DNA of 64,000 bases from an uncultured Actinomycetota bacterium (GTDB taxonomy: Bacteria; Actinomycetota; Actinomycetes; JAHEKZ01). Made by a program: the position numbers and the translations under genes. Positions within the stretch are counted from its first letter, which is position 1, and each line of letters begins with the position of its first letter. The stretch is taken from NCBI GenBank assembly GCA_963718235.1, contig CAVQYR010000001.1:2048001-2112000 (forward strand). Reading direction: 5' to 3'. The notes beneath the pieces were generated by a model. That model was given only the letters and a program-made list of their open reading frames with translations, was not told where the DNA came from and made no database searches. This document shows positions 30,206-39,618 of this stretch, one piece after another.

Positions 30206-32314
30206 TCAGGCGTCGATCCGGGAGCGGTCCAGGCCCTGCGCCCCGTCGATGATGAACTCCCGCCGGGGAGCGACCTCATTGCCCATGAGCAGGTCGAAGA
30301 CCCCGGACGCAGCCTCGGCGTCGGACATCTGGATCCGGCGAAGCGTGCGGCGCCGAGGGTCCATGGTCGTCTCTCGCAGCTGCTCGGCGTCCATCTCCCC
30401 CAAGCCCTTGTACCGCTGGACCGGCTCCTTGATCCGCTTGCCCTTGCGGGTGAGGTCGGCCACCAGCTTCTTCATCTGGGCGTCGGAGTAGGCGTAGACG
30501 TACTCGTTCTTCTTGCCGCCACCGTGCACGACCTCGAGTCGGTGCAGCGGAGGCACCGCCGCGTAGACACGCTGCTGCTCGAGCAGCGGTCGCATGTAGC
30601 GGTGGAACAGGGTGAGCAGCAGCGTGCGGATGTGGGCGCCGTCGACATCGGCGTCGGTCATGATGATGACCTTGCCGTAGCGCACCGAGTCCGGGTCGAA
30701 GGTGCGCCCGGACCCGGCTCCGATCACCTGGATCAGCGAGGCGCACTCGCTGTTCTTCAGCATGTCGGACACCGAGGCTTTCTGGACGTTCAGGATCTTG
30801 CCCCGGATCGGCAGCAGGGCTTGGAACTCCGACGACCGGGCCAGCTTCGCCGTGCCGAGCGCCGAGTCACCCTCGACGATGAACAGCTCGGTGCGCTCGA
30901 CGTCGTCACTGCGGCAGTCGGCCAGCTTGGCCGGCAGCGAAGACGTCTCCAGCGCGTTCTTGCGTCGCTGGAGCTCCTTGTGCTGGCGGGCTGCGATCCT
31001 GGTGCGGGCTGCGCCGACGACCTTCTCCAGGATCGCGCGGGCCTGGGACTTCTCGCCGCGCTTGGTCGAGGTCAGCAGCTTGGTGAGCTCGCGGTGGACG
31101 ACGTGGCTGACGATCCGGGTGGCGGCCGACGTACCGAGGATCTCCTTGGTCTGGCCCTCGAACTGCGGCTCGGCCAGGCGCACCGTGACCACCGCCGTGA
31201 GGCCCTCGAGGGCGTCGTCCTTGACGATCGGGTCGTCGGCCACCTTCAGCAGCTTGGTGGCGCGCAGCTGCTCGTTGAGGGTGCGCACCAGCCCTCGCTC
31301 GAAGCCGGTCGCGTGCGTGCCGCCCTTCGGGGTGGCGATGATGTTGACGAACGACCGAACGACCGTGTCGTACCCGGTGCCCCACCGCAGGGCGAGGTCG
31401 ACGGTGAGCTCGCGCTCGACCTCCTTGGGGGTCATGTGCCCTTTGGTGTCGAGCACGGGCACGGTCTCGTGGAAGTGCCCGACCCCGTGCAGCCGCACCA
31501 CACCGCTCACCGCTTCGTCGGGAGCCAGGAACTCGACGAACTCGCTGATCCCGCCGTCGAACCTGAACTGCTCCTCCGAGGGCTCGGACGACCGCTCGTC
31601 TCGCACGATGATGGTGAGGCCGGGCACCAGGAACGCGGTCTGCCGGGCCCGGGTGTGCAGCTCGTCGACCGACACGGAGGCGTCGGGCAGGAAGATCTCC
31701 CGGTCGGCCCAGTAACGCACTCGGGTGCCGGTGCGCTTGCGCGCGACCTTGCCCAGCGCCCGCAGGCCGGACCGCTTGACGAAGACTGCGTCCGGCTCAC
31801 CGCCGGCGAAGTCCCCGGGGACTCCGCGGCGAAAGCTCATGGCGTGAACCACGCCTTCGCGGTCGACCTCCACGTCGAGCCGGGAGCTCAGGGCGTTGAC
31901 GACTGAGGCGCCCACCCCGTGCAGCCCTCCGGAGGCCCCGTAGGAGCCGCCGCCGAACTTCCCACCGGCATGGAGGCGAGTCATGACAACCTCTACGCCG
32001 GTGAGTCCGGTCTTCGGCTCGGCGTCGACGGGGATGCCCCGGCCGTCGTCTCGCACCTCGACCGACCCGTCGGCATGCAGGACGACCTCGATCCGGGACG
32101 CATGACCCGCGAGTGCCTCGTCGACGGAGTTGTCGATGATCTCCCACAGGCAGTGCATGAGACCTCGGGAGTCGGTGGAGCCGATGTACATGCCCGGGCG
32201 CTTGCGGACGGCCTCGAGACCCTCCAGGACCGACAGGTTCTTCGCGGTGTAGCCCCCGGTCGCGCGGGCGCGGGTCGGTCCCTTGGTGGCCGGAGCCGGC
32301 TTCGAAGCGGTCAC
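30206..32314 (-). CDS. parE: DNA topoisomerase IV subunit B (actinobacterial ParE)
   Basis: EAVRKRPGMYIG, EIIDNSVDE, GGLHGVGASVVN, VEGDSA, MTDADVDG, QRYKGLGEM. Start approximate. Confidence 0.93.
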   Translation of the reverse strand: MTASKPAPATKGPTRARATGGYTAKNLSVLEGLEAVRKRPGMYIGSTDSRGLMHCLWEIIDNSVDEALAGHASRIEVVLHADGSVEVRDDGRGIPVDAEPKTGLTGVEVVMTRLHAGGKFGGGSYGASGGLHGVGASVVNALSSRLDVEVDREGVVHAMSFRRGVPGDFAGGEPDAVFVKRSGLRALGKVARKRTGTRVRYWADREIFLPDASVSVDELHTRARQTAFLVPGLTIIVRDERSSEPSEEQFRFDGGISEFVEFLAPDEAVSGVVRLHGVGHFHETVPVLDTKGHMTPKEVERELTVDLALRWGTGYDTVVRSFVNIIATPKGGTHATGFERGLVRTLNEQLRATKLLKVADDPIVKDDALEGLTAVVTVRLAEPQFEGQTKEILGTSAATRIVSHVVHRELTKLLTSTKRGEKSQARAILEKVVGAARTRIAARQHKELQRRKNALETSSLPAKLADCRSDDVERTELFIVEGDSALGTAKLARSSEFQALLPIRGKILNVQKASVSDMLKNSECASLIQVIGAGSGRTFDPDSVRYGKVIIMTDADVDGAHIRTLLLTLFHRYMRPLLEQQRVYAAVPPLHRLEVVHGGGKKNEYVYAYSDAQMKKLVADLTRKGKRIKEPVQRYKGLGEMDAEQLRETTMDPRRRTLRRIQMSDAEAASGVFDLLMGNEVAPRREFIIDGAQGLDRSRIDA

Positions 32315-32575
32315 GCGCGGAAGTTCTCCTCGGGGGCACAGGACGGGCAGACGACTCACCGGCCTGCCCGGGTGTCGCTGTCGCCAGGTTACCGGCGGCC
32401 ACCGACCCTCTCCAGGCGCGGCTCGCCGACCCTCGCCCCACGCTCCCCCGAGGCGGCGTCCGGGTCACGTCCCTGCGGCGACCGGGTGACAATTCGGCGT
32501 GTCGTACGTCACATCGCCTCGGCGGCGGTCAAGGTGGACTACGCCGACGGCGAACCGGGCCCACGCGGCACAGCG

Positions 32576-32602
32576 GGAACGATTCCGCTGTGGTGGGATG
32601 TT
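32576..32602 (+). promoter_or_regulatory. Putative SigR/SigH-type ECF promoter GGAAC-N19-GTT
   Basis: GGAAC at 32576-32580 and GTT at 32600-32602, upstream of the small Cys/His gene at 32667. Confidence 0.5.
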
Positions 32603-32666
32603 GTACCGGTGAGACAGTCCGACCGACGCCCTGCCACAGGGCCAACAGGACGGGAAGAGAGGCACC

Positions 32667-32870
32667 GTGACGACTGCCGTTGCTCCGAGCAGCGCGCTGA
32701 CCGCCGCCGACCGCTGCGACCGCTGCGGCGCTCAGGCGTACGTCCTGGTCCGGTTGCTGTCCGGTGGCGAGCTCCTCTTCTGCGCCCACCACGCCAAGCA
32801 GTACGAGTCCAAGCTCAAGGACGTCGCCGCGGAGTTCGTCGACGAGACCGAGCGGCTCACGGTCAGCTGA
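32667..32870 (+). CDS. Small conserved actinobacterial CxxC/CxHH protein (DUF7455-like)
   Basis: LTAADRCDRCGAQAY..GELLFCAHH. Typical position divergent from parE. Confidence 0.85.
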   Translation: MTTAVAPSSALTAADRCDRCGAQAYVLVRLLSGGELLFCAHHAKQYESKLKDVAAEFVDETERLTVS

Positions 32871-32884
32871 CCTCCGCCGTCCGG

Positions 32885-33604
32885 TCATCCGCCAAGGTTC
32901 CACAGCCAGCGGTAGTAGTCCGTACGAGCGGGGTCCGCGCCGATCCCGTAGGCCTCCAGAAGCGTGCTCTCCCAGCCAGGACCGTAGTTCCACTGCGTGG
33001 CCATGGTCGCCACGGCCAGGTCAGCCCACCGGTCGCCCACGCCAAGCGCGTCGAAGTCGACATGGCCCGCGACTGAACCGTCGTCGGCCAGGATCGTGTT
33101 CGGTGAGCACGGGTCGCCATGACAGACCACCAGTCGGTCGACCGGCGGTGCCTCGCGCGGCTCGACCGGCTCGCCCACGCCGGCCAGCCGGTCCGCCACC
33201 GACCACGAGAACGGGCACGACTCGACGGGCAACCGGTCGTGCAGCAGCCTGAGCCCCGCGCCGATGGCGCGCACCGCCTGCTGTGGGCGCGCGACCCAGT
33301 GCGGGTCGACGGCGCTTCGCCCCTCGATCGGTGACGTCATCAGCCACGAGCCGTCCACCTGGGAGCCGGACCGGATCACCGTCGGCACCCGAGCATGGGG
33401 GGCCGCCCAGAGCAGGCGCTGCTCCTCCGCCACCAGATCGAGCGCCGAGCCGGCGGGGGCCCACTTGACGAAGCATCGTCTCGACCCCTCGCCGACCTCG
33501 AACGTGAGACCACCCAGCTCGTTGCACCAGACGGTCCGGGTCGGCCGGCCATCGACCAGGTCGACCAAGCCGGACGGCAGCGGGTGCTCCTGCTCGGGGA
33601 TCAC
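32885..33604 (-). CDS. Aminoglycoside phosphotransferase (APH(3')-like) family protein
   Basis: FVKW, HGDPCSPN catalytic loop, VDFD, DRWADLA, C-terminal YYRWLW. Confidence 0.85.
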   Translation of the reverse strand: MIPEQEHPLPSGLVDLVDGRPTRTVWCNELGGLTFEVGEGSRRCFVKWAPAGSALDLVAEEQRLLWAAPHARVPTVIRSGSQVDGSWLMTSPIEGRSAVDPHWVARPQQAVRAIGAGLRLLHDRLPVESCPFSWSVADRLAGVGEPVEPREAPPVDRLVVCHGDPCSPNTILADDGSVAGHVDFDALGVGDRWADLAVATMATQWNYGPGWESTLLEAYGIGADPARTDYYRWLWNLGG

Positions 33605-33623
33605 GAACGAACCTCGCGCCCGG

Positions 33624-36449
33624 CTACGCCCCGTCGGACACGGTGCCGACCAGCTGCCACGGCGGGTCGGGCATCTCTGGGTCACCCCAGACCAGGGTCC
33701 AGGCGACCGACTCGTCGCCCTCGACCCGGGTGTCCCGTACGGTCGGTATCACCAGGGCGCCGTCGGTCACCCCGGGTGGGAACGACACCGACGTGCAGTA
33801 GAACCTGGCTTGAGACATCGGCTTGGGCGTCCGCGGCACCTGCCCGCATCGCTGCAGCCAACGGACGGGAACATCGTTGGTCGACAGCTCGGTGAGGCCA
33901 GCGGCCGGTGGCACGAGCTCGAAGTCGAAGGACACATAGATGTCGGACTGCCGGTCCAACGAGATCGTCCAGCGCAGGGGCCGACCCTCCACGGCCGTGG
34001 CCGTGGACGTGACCGTGGCTCGGGCTGCTGGGTCGTCATCGCGGACCCGCAAGGTGCCGACGTAGTGACCGGTGACCGCCTCGTGCAGCGCGCGGAGCAT
34101 CACCGTGAAGGACGTGTCGTAGTCGTCACGCTGGTCACCGTCGACGTGGATCGGAACGTTCAGGGACGTGTCACCTGGCGACAGGGTGACGATCTTGCTG
34201 GTCGTGGGCGTGGCGCCGAACGCATCGCTGACTCCCATCCAGAACCGCAGCGGCACGGCGATCGCTCCCTGCACGTCCACCTTGAGGTTGACGATGTGGT
34301 CACCGTTGTCACCTTCGAGCACCTCGGCGTCGACGACGTCGAGCCGGGGCAGAACCTGCGGCTGCACGGTGGCCAGTCCGGGGCTTCGTCCGTGCACGTC
34401 GAGCACGTACAGATGACCGGTCGCTGACTCGGGAACCAAGGCGATGCGTCTGATGTCGGAGAGGTCGACGGTCGCGCCGGTCAGAGGCAGTCGGACCGTC
34501 TTGGCCCACAGATGGCTCACTGCCCTGGTGCTGGGCAGGGCGCGCACGCTGGCTGTACCGACGTCATAGCCGGCACCAGAGCCATCGACCACCCGGACGA
34601 CGAACCGCGTGCTCCTGGTGCCCTTCTCCGGAGCCACGCGCAGCTCCAGCGCCCCCGAACCGGACAGGTCGACCGGTTGCGGCAGCCGCATCAGGGCTCG
34701 CCCGGATGCCTTCTTCCAGGAGGCCTCCCACGCCACTGGGGCCGGGTCGGTCTGCTGCCAGTCCATGGGCAGGAGGTGAGGGGATGCCTGTCGCGGCGCA
34801 CAGATCGGCACCCGCTTGCCCCAGCCCTGGCACACCCGGCTGGTCACCGCCCCGACCGCCGAGGTTGAGTCCGCCTTCGCCGGTCGGTAGACCGGAGACC
34901 GGTTCGCGCCCAGCGCGGTGACCTGGACGACGGCCGGGTCCGCCGATGGCGCCCGCAACGGGCTCCCGTCGATCAAGGGGAGCTGCGATCGGTTGCCCCC
35001 TGCGAACACGTGGGCCGCGGCCGCGATGTAGGTGGAGCCGACGTTGCGTTGTTCCTCCGGGGACAGCCGTCGGGGTGACGACTTGCCGCAGAGCGGGTCC
35101 TTGTTCGCTCCCCAGTCGTCGAAGGATGGTGCCTTCGACTCTCCGGGCGTCCACTCGCGGTTGAAGTAGTTGTGGTTCGCCCCCATCACCATGACCGCGC
35201 TGCGCAGCGACCGGTCGGTGTCGTCGACGACGTCGCGTGACTGGTCGACGTACTGCTGCCCTTGCAGGTCAGAGACGTCTCCGTCGCAGAACGGGAGGAG
35301 GACGACGCTGTTGAGCCCGGGCAGGGACTGCCGGCCGAAGGCCGTGGGGCCGATGAGCACCTGGCCGGCGATCGACCAGCGCGGGTTGCCCATCGAGTCG
35401 ATCGCTGCCCGGTTGACCCCCTCGCCACCGCGCGAGTGCCCGACCAGTACGACGCGGTCCAGGTCGACCGCACCGACGAGATCGGTGCCGAACGGGGCGC
35501 CACCGGTCGACGCCCAGTCTGACCAGTGGTCCAGGTGACGGCGGACGAGGCGGGAGCGTGCCTCCGCCCCGCCGTCGACCGACTCCCAGTCCTGACCGTT
35601 GATCCCGTTGGCCGAGATCGAGACCGTCACGTAGCCCTGAGAGGCGAGCAGCCGTTGTGCCTCGAGGTAGCCCAGGTAGCTGGGAATGGGTTTCCAGCCT
35701 GTGCGGCAGGGCCATTCACCCGACGACCGGTTGCCCTTGTAGCAGGTGCTGTGGCGGCCGTGCAGGAAGACCACGAGCGGCCTGGGACCCTGGGCGTCTG
35801 TGGGCCGGATGACCCGACCGAGCATCTCCACCGGCTCGGGGTACTCGGCCAGCGCCAAGGGCGCGAGCCGGTAGGAGGACGACGTGATCGTGTAGCGCCC
35901 CGGGACCCCCGGGTCGCTGGTCACGCGGGGCAGGGATCGGAACTGACGCTCCACTGCCGCTGCGTCAGCGGAGGAGCCTGCTGCCGGGCCGGAGCCGGTG
36001 GACCGAGGGCTGCCGATTCCGACCCCGCCGGTGACTCGCAGTCGGCTGAGGTCAGAACTCGGCAGGGAGGGGACGTCCAGGCGGAAGGTGCGCCCGTCGG
36101 GCAGCGGTCGGGCCACACCGAGTCTGACCTGACCCCACCAGAACTCCACCGCTGAGTCACCGATCGGGATCGGCACGTCGCTGCGCCACTCCAGCCGGCC
36201 GGTCCTCTGCCCTTCGACGAAGGTCCACCCGGGCGGGACGGTCGACGGGTCAGCGGCGACCTGGGTCACCGCTGGCAGCCGGTACCGGACGTTCGGGTGG
36301 CTCGCGCCCGCCGCTTGCGCGGGCAGGGCGGTGCCTCCAACCAGCACGGCGAGCACCGCGAGCGAGGCCAGGGAGAGACGAAGGCGGCGAGGACGGAGGC
36401 TGGTTCCGGAGGGGGGCTGCACCCCACCAGAATCCCACACGGATTCCAT
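33624..36449 (-). CDS. Large secreted alpha/beta-hydrolase-fold protein with C-terminal Calx-beta/Ig-like domains
   Basis: Signal peptide ending AQA, PLVVFLHGRH, GHSRGG nucleophile, CDGDV, GANHNYFN, beta-rich C-terminus (DTRVEGDE). Start uncertain. Confidence 0.8.
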   Translation of the reverse strand: MESVWDSGGVQPPSGTSLRPRRLRLSLASLAVLAVLVGGTALPAQAAGASHPNVRYRLPAVTQVAADPSTVPPGWTFVEGQRTGRLEWRSDVPIPIGDSAVEFWWGQVRLGVARPLPDGRTFRLDVPSLPSSDLSRLRVTGGVGIGSPRSTGSGPAAGSSADAAAVERQFRSLPRVTSDPGVPGRYTITSSSYRLAPLALAEYPEPVEMLGRVIRPTDAQGPRPLVVFLHGRHSTCYKGNRSSGEWPCRTGWKPIPSYLGYLEAQRLLASQGYVTVSISANGINGQDWESVDGGAEARSRLVRRHLDHWSDWASTGGAPFGTDLVGAVDLDRVVLVGHSRGGEGVNRAAIDSMGNPRWSIAGQVLIGPTAFGRQSLPGLNSVVLLPFCDGDVSDLQGQQYVDQSRDVVDDTDRSLRSAVMVMGANHNYFNREWTPGESKAPSFDDWGANKDPLCGKSSPRRLSPEEQRNVGSTYIAAAAHVFAGGNRSQLPLIDGSPLRAPSADPAVVQVTALGANRSPVYRPAKADSTSAVGAVTSRVCQGWGKRVPICAPRQASPHLLPMDWQQTDPAPVAWEASWKKASGRALMRLPQPVDLSGSGALELRVAPEKGTRSTRFVVRVVDGSGAGYDVGTASVRALPSTRAVSHLWAKTVRLPLTGATVDLSDIRRIALVPESATGHLYVLDVHGRSPGLATVQPQVLPRLDVVDAEVLEGDNGDHIVNLKVDVQGAIAVPLRFWMGVSDAFGATPTTSKIVTLSPGDTSLNVPIHVDGDQRDDYDTSFTVMLRALHEAVTGHYVGTLRVRDDDPAARATVTSTATAVEGRPLRWTISLDRQSDIYVSFDFELVPPAAGLTELSTNDVPVRWLQRCGQVPRTPKPMSQARFYCTSVSFPPGVTDGALVIPTVRDTRVEGDESVAWTLVWGDPEMPDPPWQLVGTVSDGA

Positions 36450-36495
36450 GCCCAGGACCATCGCAACCCGCTCGTGACCCAAGCCCTCCCGAACC

Positions 36496-36951
36496 TCACA
36501 GGCGGTCCCGGTGGTGGGCGAAGACCATCGACGTCAGAAGCAGCAGCGAGGTGGCGACCGTGACCGCCCAGAGGCCACGGTCGAGCCAGAACATCGGAGC
36601 ACCCATCGCGACGATGCTCCCGAAGAAGAGCACGAGGTAGGGCACCAGGACGGACCGACGTGGCGGCGAGCGGAACTCGATCGGCCGCCAGTAGTCCACG
36701 ACCAGCATCAGGAGGACGAAGGTGATGAAGATCGCAGGTCCGACCCACTGAGCGCTTCCCTGCCGAGCGAGACCGATCAGGGCAGCCCCAGCAGGCACCG
36801 CCAACGCCGCGATCAGCAGACCGATCCTTTGGTTCGGGTCCATCCCCCTCGAAGGCCGCAGGACGAAGCCGATGGACTGCAGGACGTTGACCAGGTTGAC
36901 CACCAGCCAGACGGTCACCGTGGCCCACCCGAGATCCACAGGCGCAGCCAT
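36496..36951 (-). CDS. Hypothetical multi-pass membrane protein (151 aa)
   Basis: C-terminal part of ORF 36496..38145 with about five hydrophobic segments. Confidence 0.7.
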   Translation of the reverse strand: MAAPVDLGWATVTVWLVVNLVNVLQSIGFVLRPSRGMDPNQRIGLLIAALAVPAGAALIGLARQGSAQWVGPAIFITFVLLMLVVDYWRPIEFRSPPRRSVLVPYLVLFFGSIVAMGAPMFWLDRGLWAVTVATSLLLLTSMVFAHHRDRL

Positions 36952-37029
36952 GGTCCGACTCTGACATACGGTGGGCCCCCGGTGACTCTGCGCGAGGGGC
37001 TCGTCGTCGATGCGCCGTGCGCGGCGCAT

Positions 37030-37073
37030 TGGACAGGGCATGGACAGGGCATGGACAGGGCATCGGCAGGGCA
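37030..37073. repeat. 11-bp direct repeat array TGGACAGGGCA x3 plus TCGGCAGGGCA
   Basis: Copies at 37030, 37041, 37052 and 37063 in the divergent intergenic region. Confidence 0.9.
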
Positions 37074-37158
37074 TCGACTTCACCTCGTTTCGGTGATTCC
37101 AGCCCGCAACCGACCGGCGTGCGGCTACCGTCTCGTCCCATCCACGAAGGGACCCACC

Positions 37159-39099
37159 GTGACCTCGAACCCACTCAACGGCCGGACGAAGCGGGCTTTC
37201 GTCGCCGGACTGGCTCTGGCAGCCGCAGCCTTGGGCATGACCCTTCCGACCGGGCCGGCCGCCGCGACCGCTCCGGCCGCGGCGACGGCGAGTGCAGCCG
37301 CGGCCAAGGGTGAGCCGCAGGGCATCCCGACGACGAAGACCTACCGCCAGAAGGTCCCGGTCAACGTGGTGCTCGTCGGGTACGACCAGCAGGAAGTCGG
37401 CGACGAGATCGTCAGCGCCCTTCCCGAGGGGTCGAAGCCTGTCGTGCGCTACCCACAGTTCTACGGGCTGTCCGGTCGCGACATGGGTCTGGAGTTCACT
37501 TACGACTACAACGTGATCGACACCTCGGTCCGGTTCGAGAACCGGTTCTTCGGCCACCTCGCCCGCACGGGGGTTCCCACCGACCCGACCACCTATCAGC
37601 AGCAGTACAACGACCAGGTCAACAACGTGCTCGACGTCACCGGGCCCGTTCTCACCATCGACGGGCCGAGCACCGAGCAGTGGCTGACCCGGCGCAGCCA
37701 GGCGCAGCTGGGGGTCGGCAAGCGCTCCTACACCGTCTTCCTCGTGAACTGGTACGGGCGCGACGACTTCGCCTTCCACGTGTACCGCAAGACCGACGAG
37801 CCGGACCCGGACACCGGGGTCAACTTCGGTGCCGACTTCAACTCCCGGGCGATGATCGCCTGGGGCGGCACACACGGCCGCACGTGGTTCTACGACCTGT
37901 CGGCGGGGCCAGAAGCCTGGAGCGGGAACTGGAACGTCGATGACGCTGACGTCGACGGCGACGGTTCGGCCGACTACCGCATGCCGCCGATCTGGGAGTA
38001 CGCCAAGCAGGGGTACCGCAGCAAGTACCGGCTCGGGTCCGACCTCGGCCAGGTCGTTCGCTACGTCGCGATCAACCTGCTGTTCACGACGTCCCCGCTG
38101 TACGACCCGATGGTCACCGCCCCGGCACCAGGGGGCAGGCTCCACGTCCCGATCACGATGTTCGAGGACAACCCGACCGACTCGGGGACGAACTGGATCG
38201 ACCCGCAGAACTCACTCGGTGAGTGGTCACAGCTCGAGCCGTACATCGACCTGTCGACTGGGCTCAAGGACGTCGACCCGATCGACGCAGGGGCAAAGAA
38301 GACGTTCCGGATCTTCGCCGGGCTCAATCCCGGTGACGGCGAGTGCTGGGAGGAGTACGGCGACACGTTCGCCCAGCCGTACTGCCACTTCGACGCGACG
38401 TCGGGCCAGTACTACAAGGACGTGCCCAAGAACTACGAAGCAGGGACGTTCGCCTTCTTCACCACGCCGGAGCGGATGGGCGACCAGGCGGGCCTGCTCG
38501 GGTTCGCCGACGACAACTGGGTCGACGGCACCCAGAGCTTCGTCTTCGCCTTCGACGACCCCGACACGCTCAGCTACGGCTACGGGTTCACGACCACGAT
38601 CACCCACGAGATCGGACACCACCTCGGACTGTCGCACCCGCACGACGGCTATGACGCCGAGACCGGTCTCGACTACGACTCCGTGGGGGACAAGTACTTC
38701 GCCTGGTCGGGAGACGAGAGCGACACGATCATGCAGTACATCGCCGTGAGCAACGGCTTCGGCCAGTTCGACCGAGACAACATGGCGCGCTACCAGTTCG
38801 CCGGGTACGCGAACTGGACCAAGGCCCTGCTCGGGGCGATCGAGTCCGCTCCCCGGGCGGCACGTGGTCAGGCCCCAGCGGTCGCCGCCGCAAGGGCACA
38901 GCTGCGCAAGGCAACCGTGGCGTTCCACCGCTGGAACTACCTGGCGGCGGCCGGAGCGGCACGCAGCGCGTACGAGATCGCGCAGCGCCGAGCCGACGCG
39001 CTCGGCGTCGGCGAGTCGTTGCGCCCGTTGACCACCCGGCTGCAGCCCAGCGACGTCGCACCGCACGAGGGCGACCCGATCCGCTTCCCGGAGGACTAG
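37159..39099 (+). CDS. Secreted zinc metallopeptidase (metzincin-like)
   Basis: Signal peptide with KR-AF (possibly Tat-like) N-region, HEIGHHLGLSH (HExxHxxGxxH), downstream TIMQY Met-turn. Confidence 0.85.
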   Translation: MTSNPLNGRTKRAFVAGLALAAAALGMTLPTGPAAATAPAAATASAAAAKGEPQGIPTTKTYRQKVPVNVVLVGYDQQEVGDEIVSALPEGSKPVVRYPQFYGLSGRDMGLEFTYDYNVIDTSVRFENRFFGHLARTGVPTDPTTYQQQYNDQVNNVLDVTGPVLTIDGPSTEQWLTRRSQAQLGVGKRSYTVFLVNWYGRDDFAFHVYRKTDEPDPDTGVNFGADFNSRAMIAWGGTHGRTWFYDLSAGPEAWSGNWNVDDADVDGDGSADYRMPPIWEYAKQGYRSKYRLGSDLGQVVRYVAINLLFTTSPLYDPMVTAPAPGGRLHVPITMFEDNPTDSGTNWIDPQNSLGEWSQLEPYIDLSTGLKDVDPIDAGAKKTFRIFAGLNPGDGECWEEYGDTFAQPYCHFDATSGQYYKDVPKNYEAGTFAFFTTPERMGDQAGLLGFADDNWVDGTQSFVFAFDDPDTLSYGYGFTTTITHEIGHHLGLSHPHDGYDAETGLDYDSVGDKYFAWSGDESDTIMQYIAVSNGFGQFDRDNMARYQFAGYANWTKALLGAIESAPRAARGQAPAVAAARAQLRKATVAFHRWNYLAAAGAARSAYEIAQRRADALGVGESLRPLTTRLQPSDVAPHEGDPIRFPED

Positions 39100-39130
39100 C
39101 GCCTGGTGTCAGGCCGCTGGGGGGGTGCGT

Positions 39131-39538
39131 TCAGAGTGCCCGCATCTGGTTGTTGCGCGCGTTGTGTGTGACCTCAGCCAGGCCCATGGCCTCCAGAAGC
39201 GGCGGCAGGTACATACCCACCCGCCCTCGGTAGCCCTTGCGCAGGCCGTACCAACCTCCGAGCGGGTTGTCGGCCGAGCGCGCCCAGGCCTCCACGGTCC
39301 CCTCGGCCGCCGCCTTCTGCTCGTCCGCGGCACCGAGCGGGACCCAGTCCCCCTGCTGGGCCAACCAGGCGTGCAGGTCGTCGATCACCCGCAGGTCGTA
39401 CTTCAAGGTGGTGGACCCGACCTGGCAGACCAGGCTCGGGGGGTCCGCGTCGTCGTCTCGGTACATGTGGTACTCCGAGGACCCGGGCGGGGTCGTGAGC
39501 ACCCAGGGGTCGTCCTTCGTTCCGTTGCCGCTGGCCAC
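39131..39538 (-). CDS. DUF6855-like small protein
   Basis: GTKDDPWVLTTPPGSSEY...GGWYGLRKGYRGR, strong AGGAGG RBS. Confidence 0.75.
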   Translation of the reverse strand: MASGNGTKDDPWVLTTPPGSSEYHMYRDDDADPPSLVCQVGSTTLKYDLRVIDDLHAWLAQQGDWVPLGAADEQKAAAEGTVEAWARSADNPLGGWYGLRKGYRGRVGMYLPPLLEAMGLAEVTHNARNNQMRAL

Positions 39539-39618
39539 TGATCGCTCCCTCCTGGGGGACGAGCTCACCGAACCCTAGCCAGCGACCGGCGGACAGCCAA
39601 CCCCTCTACAGTTCGGTC

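Noticed and set aside
24937-32314. gyrA/gyrB assignment
   Set aside because: The genes are separated and convergent in the sepH/dut region rather than adjacent near dnaA, which fits actinobacterial topoisomerase IV.
17697-37073. Short repeat arrays at 17697, 18711 and 37030 considered as CRISPR
   Set aside because: The units are directly tandem with no unique spacers, and there are no cas genes.
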